From contig CAMUOM010000001.1 of the NCBI GenBank assembly GCA_947090635.1, positions 42,277 through 106,276 of the forward strand: 64,000 nucleotides of DNA, read 5' to 3'. Made by a program: the position numbers and the translations under genes. The notes under the pieces are model-generated. The model was not told where the DNA came from, searched no databases, and was given only the letters and a program-made list of their open reading frames with translations. Positions within the stretch are counted from its first letter, which is position 1. Every line of letters begins with the position of its first letter. This document shows positions 49,585 to 58,847 of the stretch, in pieces. The stretch is from an uncultured Candidatus Saccharibacteria bacterium (GTDB taxonomy: Bacteria > Patescibacteriota > Saccharimonadia > Saccharimonadales > Saccharimonadaceae).

Positions 49585-49943
49585 GCCGACAACCCCCAAA
49601 TTACCTGCTTTAAGTCTGACGGACTATAAGTAGACTTATCAAATACAAACTTAACACCAAAAGCAGCAACATCATCAAGCTTAATTGCCCTGCCGCTAGC
49701 AGACAATATTACCTTTGGTAATTTTAATGTATCGTTATAACTTGCCATCTCATTCAGCAGTGTCATTACATTATCCGCTCCCAAATGCCAATCACACACC
49801 AGCACGTCCGGCAAACCATCATTAATTAGGTCAAATATTACCCGTGGGTTACTCTCTACGATAACATCTGCACCAAAATATCTTAAACTATTTGCCAAAC
49901 TAGCCGCAAACCATCTATCGTCGTCTAACAAAATAATTTTCAT
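49581..49943 (-). CDS. Single-domain response-regulator receiver (CheY-like) protein
   Basis: Acidic pair LLDDD, putative phospho-acceptor Asp in VLVCDWHLG, and the Ser and Lys positions are present. ATGA overlap with the upstream HK-like gene. Confidence 0.55.
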   Translation of the reverse strand: MKIILLDDDRWFAASLANSLRYFGADVIVESNPRVIFDLINDGLPDVLVCDWHLGADNVMTLLNEMASYNDTLKLPKVILSASGRAIKLDDVAAFGVKFVFDKSTYSPSDLKQVIWGLSA

Positions 49944-50629
49944 ATCAATTCCAACAAACTAAGCTGTCTACTTTCTGGTAAATGCGCTTCTATCGTCATT
50001 CCACCTTGACGGTGACAATGAAAAGCAATGCTGCCTTGCATTGCACGAGTTATCTGTTCAGCTAACAATAAATTAAGGCTACTCATCAATGGTCTACTAG
50101 CTACTGGGTTTAATTGATTAATATATACCGCGCCACAAACGTCCTTCGCAAATGGCGCGCCGTTATCTCTTAACTCTAGCACAACTTCACGATTGCGAGT
50201 TAATCGCGCACTTAACTTCACCGTTTTTCTACTATAGCGTAGTGCATCTAAACTAAACCGTACTAACAATTGTTTTAAAGCATTGTAATTACCGGTCAAA
50301 AGTGGTGAACGTTTTGGCAGTACACAAATAAATTGACAAGATAACTGTTGTGCCTCCGGCTGAACCTCCGCCTGCACTGCCATCAACAACCTATCAACCG
50401 ATACCGGCTCAAGAACTAAATCTTCAAGTGGGCTACTTGCAATACTAAGTTCGTCTACTACGCCTAAGGCTTCAGTTAAAGTAGATTGCATCCGTGCCAA
50501 TGTTATCGGCTCCGCGCCACACTGTCCAACCTCAAAAGCCAACTGGCGCAAACGTACTAGCGGAGTTCGTAAATCGCGCGTGGCCGCCGCCACAGACAAA
50601 GCCCCTAAACTTGCCCCCACTTGTTTCAT
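49940..50629 (-). CDS. Cytoplasmic histidine-kinase-like protein (DHp + HATPase_c) with Arg in place of the H-box His
   Basis: The H-box region reads AATRDLRTPL, against the consensus sHELRTPL. ATP-lid elements LELRDNGAPF and RQGGMTIEA are present. No TM helix or sensor domain. TGcTATACT lies 6 nt upstream of the ATG. Confidence 0.55.
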   Translation of the reverse strand: MKQVGASLGALSVAAATRDLRTPLVRLRQLAFEVGQCGAEPITLARMQSTLTEALGVVDELSIASSPLEDLVLEPVSVDRLLMAVQAEVQPEAQQLSCQFICVLPKRSPLLTGNYNALKQLLVRFSLDALRYSRKTVKLSARLTRNREVVLELRDNGAPFAKDVCGAVYINQLNPVASRPLMSSLNLLLAEQITRAMQGSIAFHCHRQGGMTIEAHLPESRQLSLLELI

Positions 50630-50693
50630 ATTCTCAGTATAGCAAAAAGTAGCATTTTTATGCTACTTATGCTAATAATTTGAATTCGTTTAG

Positions 50694-51380
50694 CTAAGGC
50701 TGGAATTGCAACGTACGCAAAATTGTTTCGTCAAAATCTTTCTTAAAGTCTTTACTGTCTACATATAACTTCAAAGTTTTATCGCGTACTCTAAATACCA
50801 CTACTGATCCATTAATGGTTTGCGCCAGCTGCCCATCGAATCGCATGCCTTTATAGCCGTCAAAGCCTTCGCGCGCGCCAATAGTAACCGGGCTAGCCTT
50901 AATACTACCTTTATCAACTGCACTCTTAAAGTCCAACAACGTTTTTGCGTAATCATTCGGCGAAACCACAACGCGCAAAGCATATGGAGTAACACCGGGA
51001 TTTACCACAGGAACCATAATTGGGTAAAAATAAAGTGTTAAGTTATCACCATCAGATGTTGCAACATAGCCAGACCATGTCTTTGGATAATCAAAGCGCA
51101 CCGATCCAGTCTCTGCTGGACCCTGATAATGCCGATTTGGCGTCTTTTCACGCTGCATAAACTCAGCATTATCTTGCTTGGTCTGCAACGCCTTCGCCTG
51201 TGTAACGGCTTGATCAATTTTTGCTTGGCCATTCTTCTGCCAGTTAACCATCCCCGAATATGCCCAAATAAACGCAATACAAGCACCAAATAAGAATACG
51301 CCTAGAATAATTGTTGACACTAGAAGCGGACTGACCGAACCGCGTTCGCTTGCCCTATAATCCGACCCATTATCATTCAT
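50694..51380 (-). CDS. Hypothetical membrane-anchored protein
   Basis: 228 aa with one N-terminal TM helix. TAAAAT lies 5 nt upstream of the ATG. Confidence 0.45.
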   Translation of the reverse strand: MNDNGSDYRASERGSVSPLLVSTIILGVFLFGACIAFIWAYSGMVNWQKNGQAKIDQAVTQAKALQTKQDNAEFMQREKTPNRHYQGPAETGSVRFDYPKTWSGYVATSDGDNLTLYFYPIMVPVVNPGVTPYALRVVVSPNDYAKTLLDFKSAVDKGSIKASPVTIGAREGFDGYKGMRFDGQLAQTINGSVVVFRVRDKTLKLYVDSKDFKKDFDETILRTLQFQP

Positions 51381-51428
51381 GATTTCATTTTAACATAAGC
51401 ATAAAACAAGTGCAACTCGCAAGAATAG

Positions 51429-51665
51429 CTAGTCTTGTAATTTGAGCTTAATTTCATTAACCTTATTCTCTGTAGTTGACAACTTACGCTTAATAGCCTC
51501 AGCTAACTTAGCACCGCGGTCGAATTTAACGCTTGCCACCTCTACATCAACATCACCAGCATTAAACCAGTCAACGATTGACTTCAGCTCATTCATTAAA
51601 TCAGTCAGGCTTTGTTGCATTAACTCCTCATCTCCCTGCTTTTTTAAGTTATTTGTCTCTGACAT
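51429..51665 (-). CDS. xseB: Exodeoxyribonuclease VII small subunit
   Basis: 78-aa helical protein with the XseB-like LTDLMNELKSIVDWFNAGDVDVEVASVKFDRGAKL. Located immediately after xseA. Confidence 0.75.
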   Translation of the reverse strand: MSETNNLKKQGDEELMQQSLTDLMNELKSIVDWFNAGDVDVEVASVKFDRGAKLAEAIKRKLSTTENKVNEIKLKLQD

Positions 51666-52866
51666 TCTTTACCTCCATTGCAATTAATTTTTTATCAGTC
51701 TCGGCCGTTACATTCATTCCAATTCGCCACTCATGCGGCACGCCATGCTGCTCAGTCCAGATAATAGCATAGCCACGCTTCAGAACAGCTTGTGGGTCGT
51801 ATGCTTGCAAAGCCGAAATTAACGCTATTGCTCTACCTTGAGTGTCTCCTAAACTACGCATCATCTGATTATTTAGTTGCATAGTCAACGTAACTAACTC
51901 AGATTGTATATTATTTACTACTAGCGACATACTATTGTTTAACTGCGTCGCAAGACGAGTTAATTTGTCACGTCGCTGCTGCGCATCCAACACTAACACA
52001 TCAACCATCGACTTTAAATAATGAGTAGTTGTAGCGATTAATTCCCTTCGGTCTGGTACTAGCAGTTCAGCCGCATTAGACGGCGTCGATGCGCGCTTAT
52101 CTGCTACTAAGTCGATCAACGTAGTATCTATTTCATGACCGACACCGGTTAGGGTGGGGATTCGCGAAGCCGCTACTGTTCGTACCAGCTTTTCATCGTC
52201 AAATACCGCCAAATCTTCACGTGATCCACCACCGCGCAAAATACATAACACTTCTGGCGGATTTGGTAGCTCATTAAACTGCCGAATCGCTGCAATAATC
52301 TGGTCAGCCGCCGCATCACCCTGCACCTGAGTAGAAATAACATCAATTTGTATACCGCCCATCCGCGCATTAACAATTTTAATAAAATCTTTATAGCCAG
52401 CTGCCTGATTTGACGATATCACACCGATATGTTGCGGTAGAGCAGGCAATATCCTCTTACGATCCTCATCAAACAGCCCTTCCTTGGATAACTTTTGCTT
52501 CAATAGCTCAAAAGCTCGCTTAATCGCTCCTTCACCAATCGGCCTGATTGCTCGAACAGTCAGCGAAAACCGTCCCCACTTAGTTAAATTCGGCGTTGCA
52601 CGCACCTTTACCTGCATACCATCCGCTAATTCCATACGAAGAGAATACACCGACATGAAACAATTTAGTACGGATGTATCATCCTTTAAATCAAAAAACA
52701 CCCATTTGCCTTGATTTATTTTAAAGTTAGCTACTTCGCCCACTATATCAATCGTTGGTACCGCAGTGTCTAGAACCTGGTTAATAACATCTATTGCCTG
52801 CGCTACCGTAAAGCACGGTGGCATTCCGGGTAATTTATCCTCTAAATCACTATCTACGCTGGTCAT
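51649..52866 (-). CDS. xseA: Exodeoxyribonuclease VII large subunit
   Basis: N-terminal OB-fold and the central catalytic region. 405 aa. Its end overlaps xseB. Confidence 0.85.
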   Translation of the reverse strand: MTSVDSDLEDKLPGMPPCFTVAQAIDVINQVLDTAVPTIDIVGEVANFKINQGKWVFFDLKDDTSVLNCFMSVYSLRMELADGMQVKVRATPNLTKWGRFSLTVRAIRPIGEGAIKRAFELLKQKLSKEGLFDEDRKRILPALPQHIGVISSNQAAGYKDFIKIVNARMGGIQIDVISTQVQGDAAADQIIAAIRQFNELPNPPEVLCILRGGGSREDLAVFDDEKLVRTVAASRIPTLTGVGHEIDTTLIDLVADKRASTPSNAAELLVPDRRELIATTTHYLKSMVDVLVLDAQQRRDKLTRLATQLNNSMSLVVNNIQSELVTLTMQLNNQMMRSLGDTQGRAIALISALQAYDPQAVLKRGYAIIWTEQHGVPHEWRIGMNVTAETDKKLIAMEVKNVRDK

Positions 52867-53989
52867 GTTTAGTTTCTATCTCTTCTTGATAGGACGGCCG
52901 TCCATATTTATGCAATGCATACTGATAGGCTATAAATCCAGTAGATAACGTACCCATCAAAAGCAGCATCCTAGCCAGCATCACACCCGTCAAAGCCATT
53001 GCCGAATCAACACCTCCCGTAGCCAAAACCGTCACCATCATAGCCTCATAAGCACCAATTCCGCCCGGCGTAATCATGAAGTTTCCGCAGATGGTCGCAG
53101 CTCCATAAGCAATTAGCAATACAGATGGGTCAACGACTACGCCCAGTGCTAGAAATGTTACAAAAAATAACGATACATCTAGTAAATTAAACGCAAAACT
53201 CCAAGCAATTGGTTGCTTCAATAGCTTACGGTCACGTTTTAGCGCACTAACGTCTTCATTAAAATCTAGAAAAAATTTATCTAGTTTACTAGCTGCTACA
53301 AAACGCTTACGGCGACCAAATGTCATCATCCGACCAAAGCGATTACTTAAATCAGCCAGCCAATGCGAAAAGCTAATAATACGGATTTTATTACCAAAAA
53401 TATAATTACCAAACAATAGCACCAATAATAATACTGTTATCGCTACAGCCGAACTAACTACCACCCAATGTGCCGCTAAATTTTGTACCGTAGCCCAAAT
53501 TAAAGCGAGGAGCATTAGCACCATAAACGTACCAAACACCACTAAAAACCGCATTACTTGGGTCATGGTGGCCTGCCCTGTTGGTACGCCATGGTGCTTT
53601 AAGCGCCATACCATATAAGAAGCACCAGCCACACCCGCAGCCGGAAAAACATGGTCCACAAAGGTGAACTCTAGCGCCATACCAGTGGCTTGCAAACGAG
53701 AAACATCCTTTAGCTGCCCACGCTGTCGCAAATAAGAGAAAAATACCTCTGTGTTAGCGTAATACGACATAAATTGTAATGGTATTAACAACAAAATCAA
53801 ATACAAATTAGCATGCCATAAGATATGCCACGCTCGAACGATTTCCTTGTGTGCGCTAAACAGCACAATAACCAAGAAAATCATCATGATAATATTAAGC
53901 CAGAGTTTTATTCCGCCACAACGCTTACGCCAAATATTTGCCCGTACGCGTAGAAATGCTCGACGAAAATCCTCCTTAAATTTAGACAT
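52850..53989 (-). CDS. Flippase-like polytopic membrane protein (UPF0104 / lysyl-PG synthase TM-domain family)
   Basis: About 8 TM helices with a GxxxG-rich C-terminal part. Start set at MSKFKE with GATATAAT 6 nt upstream. The track ORF begins 6 codons earlier. Confidence 0.55.
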   Translation of the reverse strand: MSKFKEDFRRAFLRVRANIWRKRCGGIKLWLNIIMMIFLVIVLFSAHKEIVRAWHILWHANLYLILLLIPLQFMSYYANTEVFFSYLRQRGQLKDVSRLQATGMALEFTFVDHVFPAAGVAGASYMVWRLKHHGVPTGQATMTQVMRFLVVFGTFMVLMLLALIWATVQNLAAHWVVVSSAVAITVLLLVLLFGNYIFGNKIRIISFSHWLADLSNRFGRMMTFGRRKRFVAASKLDKFFLDFNEDVSALKRDRKLLKQPIAWSFAFNLLDVSLFFVTFLALGVVVDPSVLLIAYGAATICGNFMITPGGIGAYEAMMVTVLATGGVDSAMALTGVMLARMLLLMGTLSTGFIAYQYALHKYGRPSYQEEIETKHDQRR

Positions 53990-54054
53990 AACTATATTAT
54001 ATCGCATTACTGCACATTAGCTAAATTTATTCTCCTCTGATATAATATAAATTA

Positions 54055-55263
54055 ATGATTATATTCATATTGGGCCGCCAACCAGAAATTGGTTGCGCTG
54101 AACTGGCGGCCGTCTTCTCTCAGAAACCTCGCTTAATCGCCAATCACTGTGCAGCGCTAGACATTGATAGAAAAACAGCATTGCAATCAGCAACGCGTCT
54201 TGGCGGTACAGTAAAAATCGCTGAAGTCATTGATACGATAGATCAAAATAGCTCTGCTATCGCCGAACTAATCAATAACTTATTCTCTAATATTGAAGGT
54301 AAAGTAACCCTTGGCATCTCAGACTATAGTCAAGGTGCAACGCGCCGAACTGCAGCCAACTTAGCTAAGCAAGCCTCTGCAATACTTAAGACTAGCCATT
54401 CGGTTCGACTTGTACCGATTACCGACGCTACACTATCTTCTGCCACAGTAGAACACAATGGGCTTTACCATGATAACCTTAAAAAATGTGAGCTAGTTTT
54501 CATTGCTATACGCAACAAATGGGTTGTAGCACGTACTATTTTTGTACAAAACATCGAATCATACACCCTACGCGACCGCAAGCGACCTTGTCGTGACGCC
54601 CGCAACGGCATGCTACCACCAAAGCTAGCACAAATAATTATTAACCTAGCTTTAGGAGCAACAAACTCAAAATGCCAAAACAATAATTCCTATCTACTAG
54701 ACCCATTCTGTGGTACTGGCGTAATATTACAAGAAGCATTGCTCATGGGATTAAATAATTGTTATGGCACCGACCTCAATCCTCAGATGTCAGAATATAC
54801 CGTTAAGAACATTGCCTGGATAAATGAACTAATGTCCAAACGTCATAGCCAACTCGATTTAGCTAAGTGCAGATTTAAGACTGCTGATGCTACCGAATTT
54901 AAGTGGTGCAAGCAATCAGACACCATAAATCTCAACCTGACCACTGTTGCCACTGAAACCTATCTTGGCCGCCCCTATACAACAGAGCCAAACCTCAACG
55001 AGTTAAAAGATAACATTAAAAATTGCGATATCATCCTAGGCAAATTTATCCATAACTTAGCCCCACAATTGACAGTTGGCGCAGGCATTTGTTTAGCTGT
55101 TCCAGCATGGTTTGTTCATGATAAAATTCATCATTTAAGCTGCTTTAATGAGCAGAATCTAAGCTTGCTTCACCTTAAAGATATACAACCCAATCACCTC
55201 ATCTATCACCGCGATGAACAAATTGTTGGTCGCGAACTTATAGTTCTACAAAAGCTAGCCTAG
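54055..55263 (+). CDS. Putative SAM-dependent RNA methyltransferase (UPF0020/Trm11-RlmL-like)
   Basis: Motif I LLDPFCGTGVILQEA. The N-terminal domain resembles THUMP/ferredoxin-like modules of RNA m2G methyltransferases. TGaTATAAT lies 8 nt upstream of the ATG. Confidence 0.55.
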   Translation: MIIFILGRQPEIGCAELAAVFSQKPRLIANHCAALDIDRKTALQSATRLGGTVKIAEVIDTIDQNSSAIAELINNLFSNIEGKVTLGISDYSQGATRRTAANLAKQASAILKTSHSVRLVPITDATLSSATVEHNGLYHDNLKKCELVFIAIRNKWVVARTIFVQNIESYTLRDRKRPCRDARNGMLPPKLAQIIINLALGATNSKCQNNNSYLLDPFCGTGVILQEALLMGLNNCYGTDLNPQMSEYTVKNIAWINELMSKRHSQLDLAKCRFKTADATEFKWCKQSDTINLNLTTVATETYLGRPYTTEPNLNELKDNIKNCDIILGKFIHNLAPQLTVGAGICLAVPAWFVHDKIHHLSCFNEQNLSLLHLKDIQPNHLIYHRDEQIVGRELIVLQKLA

Positions 55264-55365
55264 ATATTATGCGGTAAGCAGTCATAAAACTATTGCGACA
55301 CAAGGCCAAATAGTGTATAATAATAAACTGAATAGTAATCGATTAATCGAAGGAGATAATTTAAT

Positions 55366-55638
55366 ATGTCACACGTGAAAGCTGGTGGTTCATCAAAGAA
55401 CAACCATAATAACGCTGGTCATCGCCTAGGCGTCAAGCGCTTTGGTGGCCAAAAGGTCAACGCTGGCGAAGTAATTGTCCGTCAAGTTGGTGCAACTAAA
55501 ATTGCCGGTGAAGGTGCTTATACTAGCCGTAACTTTACCATTCATGCCGCTAAAGATGGTGTTGTAACATTCATTAAGCGTCGTGTTCGTAACTTTGCCG
55601 GTAAGACCGTTACTCGCACCGAAGTTACCGTTAAATAA
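55366..55638 (+). CDS. rpmA: 50S ribosomal protein L27
   Basis: HRLGVKRFGGQKVNAGEVIVRQVG is the bL27 signature. AAGGAG SD upstream. Confidence 0.9.
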   Translation: MSHVKAGGSSKNNHNNAGHRLGVKRFGGQKVNAGEVIVRQVGATKIAGEGAYTSRNFTIHAAKDGVVTFIKRRVRNFAGKTVTRTEVTVK

Positions 55639-55659
55639 TAACTCATTTCTACTAGTAGC

Positions 55660-55688
55660 TAAACCCCGCACTTAAGCGGGGTTTTATT
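55660..55688 (+). terminator. Intrinsic terminator after rpmA
   Basis: aaccccgc-acttaa-gcggggttttattg. Confidence 0.75.
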
Positions 55689-55702
55689 GTGTATCGCTTA
55701 AC

Positions 55703-55733
55703 TAAAACACCTGCATTACTGCAGGGTGTTTTA
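55703..55733 (-). terminator. Intrinsic terminator after the receiver-domain gene (bidirectional)
   Basis: aaaacacctgca-ttac-tgcagggtgtttt. Confidence 0.7.
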
Positions 55734-55735
55734 CA

Positions 55736-56131
55736 CTAGGCATTGTCAGTATTATCTAGCCCCAAATGATGCTTGATTCGGTCTACTACATCACTAATCA
55801 CTACCTGAGACTTAACTAAAAAGTCATCAGCACCCAATTCCTTGGCCCTCTCCGCATCCTTAGGTTGAGACAAAGCCGTCAACATAATGATATGTATATT
55901 TTTAGTTTGCTCAGTATTACGCAGAATATCAAGCACGTCAAAGCCATTCATACGTGGCATCATTACATCAAGTAGAATTAGATTAGGCTTAAAGTCAATA
56001 GCATCTTTAAGCGCTTCCTCACCATCTTTACTGCGCCGTGTATCAAATCCTTCAAGCTGAAGACGCTGACGATAGATTTCAGCCAACGTATCATCGTCTT
56101 CTACCAAAAGAATTCGAGTCTTAGATTCCAT
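55736..56131 (-). CDS. Single-domain response-regulator receiver (CheY-like) protein
   Basis: Canonical REC: VEDDD, LILLDVMMP, IIMLTA and the Lys in DFLVKS. Start set at M3 with TATACT 6 nt upstream. Confidence 0.7.
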   Translation of the reverse strand: MESKTRILLVEDDDTLAEIYRQRLQLEGFDTRRSKDGEEALKDAIDFKPNLILLDVMMPRMNGFDVLDILRNTEQTKNIHIIMLTALSQPKDAERAKELGADDFLVKSQVVISDVVDRIKHHLGLDNTDNA

Positions 56132-56174
56132 ACTCATAGTATACCGTTAATGTTTTAATATTGCAACCATTTTA

Positions 56175-56876
56175 CTATTTTTTCTGTAATTTCGCCTTGT
56201 AATAAGCAATGGCCTGATGCGCTGCTTGCTGTTGCGCCAACTGCTTACTGCCGCCTTCGCCACTTCCCCACTCAACTTCATCAACAAAAACCCCAATGGT
56301 AAATTTTTTGTCATGGTCGGGGCCAGACTCGGCTAATACGCGATACTTCGGAGTCACACCACAATAGCGCTGCGATATTTCCTGCAAATACGATTTCGCA
56401 TCACGCCAAGAACCATCCTCAATAATCTTGTCAATATTCTTAATAATATGTTTGTCGATAATCTTTTTTGCCGCATCAAAGCCTTGGTCGAGATACACCG
56501 CACCAATTGTTGCTTCAAAACAATTAGCTATAATATGCAACTTGGAATGTTCTGTACCATTTTGTTCACCTTTACTCATTCGCACTAGCTTAGCATATCC
56601 AAGCTCTTCACCAGCATCACGAATCGACTCTGTTCGCACTAGCGCTGCGCGCCAAGATGTCAATACTCCTTCTGGTAAATCGAAATGTTTAAACAAATAC
56701 TCAGTAGTTACTAGTTCCAAAACAGCATCACCTAAAAACTCTAGCCGCTCATTATGAGCGCGCGCTAGCTTACGATGTTCATTCACATAGCTACGGTGAG
56801 TTAAAGCAGTTACAATTAGTGATGGATTATTAAATTCAAATCCCAACGACTGCTGTGCCCAAGCTTGATAGGGCAC
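56175..56876 (-). CDS. rnc: Ribonuclease III
   Basis: Catalytic ERLEFLGDAVLEL and a C-terminal dsRBD. Start chosen at GTG (VPYQAW..., 20 aa before ALTHRS) with GAAGGTG SD 8 nt upstream. The track ORF extends 35 codons further upstream from a TTG. Confidence 0.8.
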   Translation of the reverse strand: MPYQAWAQQSLGFEFNNPSLIVTALTHRSYVNEHRKLARAHNERLEFLGDAVLELVTTEYLFKHFDLPEGVLTSWRAALVRTESIRDAGEELGYAKLVRMSKGEQNGTEHSKLHIIANCFEATIGAVYLDQGFDAAKKIIDKHIIKNIDKIIEDGSWRDAKSYLQEISQRYCGVTPKYRVLAESGPDHDKKFTIGVFVDEVEWGSGEGGSKQLAQQQAAHQAIAYYKAKLQKK

Positions 56877-56981
56877 AAAGTCTACACCTTCAACCTCTGG
56901 TACAATCGGCTCATCAGCCGGACGAGGCTCAAAATCGGAAAAAACAGCCCGCTTTTGGCGAGTATTCTTAACTCTAGACAA

Positions 56982-57623
56982 CTAAATTTCTCCCTTCTGT
57001 TCTAGACGACGATAACCTAGACGCATTAATTTAGCAATATCCTTATAAGCAATAATTTTCACCGCAGCATCATACGAGAACCAACGAATTCCACTCATCC
57101 AATCTTCCTTCTTAATATCGTTGGTGTCACCCAACGCCTTAAATAAGTAGATTTGTGTACTCATTAGCACTAGTACATTGTCGCGACGATAACGAAAATG
57201 GATCTTACCCAACCAGCAAACTGGCTCAAGCTGATGCACACCAGCCTCCTCACCAATTTCACGAATAGCTGTCTCTTGTGCGGTTTCGCCCACTTCAATA
57301 TGACCCTTAGGAATCGTCCAACGCTCAAATCGGTCGGCCACCAACAATATTTCTAAACCGGTAGGGCCGAAGCGATAAATCACACCACCAGCCGTTGCTT
57401 CACGTGATATTTCACTAATAGCCGGGCGACGACGCTCGTAAACTGCTCGTTTTAATGATGCGCTTGGTGTATCAACATGCTGGATAGGCTGCTTAACTAC
57501 TACAGCGCTAGGCTGCGTTGATTGCCTTTTTGTGGCCACGGCACGTGCACGCACCTTAGCGATCTGTTTAACCCTAAGCTGATGCTGCCTGCGAATCCTG
57601 TTTTTGTTGCTCGCCTTGCTCAT
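56982..57623 (-). CDS. NUDIX hydrolase with a 75-aa Arg/Lys-rich N-terminal extension
   Basis: Nudix box GHIEVGETAQETAIREIGEEAGV. AAGGAA SD 7 nt upstream of the ATG. The first 50 nt overlap the nusB 3' end. Confidence 0.7.
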   Translation of the reverse strand: MSKASNKNRIRRQHQLRVKQIAKVRARAVATKRQSTQPSAVVVKQPIQHVDTPSASLKRAVYERRRPAISEISREATAGGVIYRFGPTGLEILLVADRFERWTIPKGHIEVGETAQETAIREIGEEAGVHQLEPVCWLGKIHFRYRRDNVLVLMSTQIYLFKALGDTNDIKKEDWMSGIRWFSYDAAVKIIAYKDIAKLMRLGYRRLEQKGEI

Positions 57624-58062
57624 TCACTTTTCCTTCGTTCATATGGCGCCAGATTGTACCTAATACACCATTAACAAAACGAGAGGAATTTTCCGCGCCA
57701 AATGATTTAGCTAGTTCAATTGCTTCATTAATCGCCACCTTTGGTGGTACTTTACCGCTAAATTCACTAAGCTCAAACACTGCCATTCGCAAAACATCGC
57801 GGTCAACAATTGCAATCTGATTTAGTGGCCAATCTGGTGCAACTGGAGCAATAATAGCATCTAACTGCCGACCAGCTTTATTTACACCCATTACTAACCG
57901 CCGGACAAACTCTTTGTCATCAACGCGGTCTTCATAACGCTCAAGATTACGCGCTAAAATTTCATCAATTTTAGCAGTTTCGTCGCCTAAACGCTCACGA
58001 AAATCATATTCATACAATGTTTGTAGTGCGATAATCCTACCTAAATGCCGATTACTTGCCAT
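57574..58062 (-). CDS. nusB: Transcription antitermination factor NusB
   Basis: RIIALQTLYEYDF and the helical NusB fold pattern. 162 aa. GAGGGGA SD upstream. Confidence 0.85.
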   Translation of the reverse strand: MASNRHLGRIIALQTLYEYDFRERLGDETAKIDEILARNLERYEDRVDDKEFVRRLVMGVNKAGRQLDAIIAPVAPDWPLNQIAIVDRDVLRMAVFELSEFSGKVPPKVAINEAIELAKSFGAENSSRFVNGVLGTIWRHMNEGKVNEQGEQQKQDSQAASA

Positions 58063-58108
58063 GGAAACTCCCCTCGTTTGTTTTAATGTTCAATCTAACG
58101 TATATTTA

Positions 58109-58252
58109 TTAATGCTTGCTGCCAGTATCATGCTTAGTGGTATAAGCTTTTACTGGTGATTTGGCGTTTACGGCGCGCGCTAACTTCAATACTAGTTGAC
58201 TACGACGATTACCGGTACGACGTGGACTTGTTTGCTTCTTTGGTTTACCCAT
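58109..58252 (-). CDS. rpmF: Probable 50S ribosomal protein L32 (47 aa, Cys-less form); not in the supplied ORF track
   Basis: MGKPKKQTSPRRTGNRRSQLVLKLARAVNAKSP matches the bL32 pattern KKxTSxxRRxxRRSH. A perfect AAGGAG lies 8 nt upstream of the ATG at 58250-58252. Ends in a double stop. Confidence 0.4.
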   Translation of the reverse strand: MGKPKKQTSPRRTGNRRSQLVLKLARAVNAKSPVKAYTTKHDTGSKH

Positions 58253-58325
58253 TTAAATTATTCTCCTTCTTTAATTACACTTACTACCATAGTAACACTT
58301 TTGGGTTATAAACGCAAATCTCAGC

Positions 58326-58354
58326 TTGACATATATAAACGTTTATGTTAATAT
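58326..58354 (+). promoter_or_regulatory. Consensus sigma70 promoter directly abutting the LysM gene ATG (leaderless)
   Basis: -35 TTGACA at 58326-58331, 17-nt spacer, -10 TAATAT at 58349-58354, then 6 nt to the ATG at 58361. Confidence 0.6.
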
Positions 58355-58360
58355 GTAGAC

Positions 58361-58831
58361 ATGATTAGCGAATATAGTCATCAAAACAAAAATAACAATA
58401 CATCAATCGAATCCGACCGGCGCTATTACCGAAAACTTGCTGTTGGTACATTAGCCACAACCATTGCACTATGTGGACTAGGCAATATAATCGGCGATTT
58501 AACACATCACGACGAGCCATTTCCCAAAGAGCCTACTCCAGCTAGAGAGAAGGTATTGTCTTATAAAGAGCTCGGGTCAAATCATACCATAGAGTATACC
58601 GTGCGCTATGGCGACACGTTATCTGAAATAGCAGACGATTTACAACAAGATAATGTCAATCTACAAGACAACAGTAATTCTCAAATTGTAGACTCAATTA
58701 TTAAAGCCAATAAATTAGATGGTTTTGTTGTTGATACTAAAATAAAATTACCAGACGATGACGGTGTTAATAGCCCACAATCACACGTCAATAATCACGC
58801 ATTACCACCCGACACCAAACCGCAGTATTAA
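58361..58831 (+). CDS. LysM-domain protein with an N-terminal membrane anchor
   Basis: TM helix LAVGTLATTIALCGLGNIIG. LysM core YTVRYGDTLSEIADDL. Confidence 0.6.
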   Translation: MISEYSHQNKNNNTSIESDRRYYRKLAVGTLATTIALCGLGNIIGDLTHHDEPFPKEPTPAREKVLSYKELGSNHTIEYTVRYGDTLSEIADDLQQDNVNLQDNSNSQIVDSIIKANKLDGFVVDTKIKLPDDDGVNSPQSHVNNHALPPDTKPQY

Positions 58832-58847
58832 GCAAGGATAAATCATA

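Noticed and set aside
56877-56981. N-terminal 35 codons of the track ORF for RNase III (MSRVKNTRQKRAV...)
   Set aside because: The track start is a TTG with no SD. A GTG with GAAGGTG SD gives an N-terminus of normal RNase III length, 20 aa before ALTHRS. The upstream part is probably untranslated.
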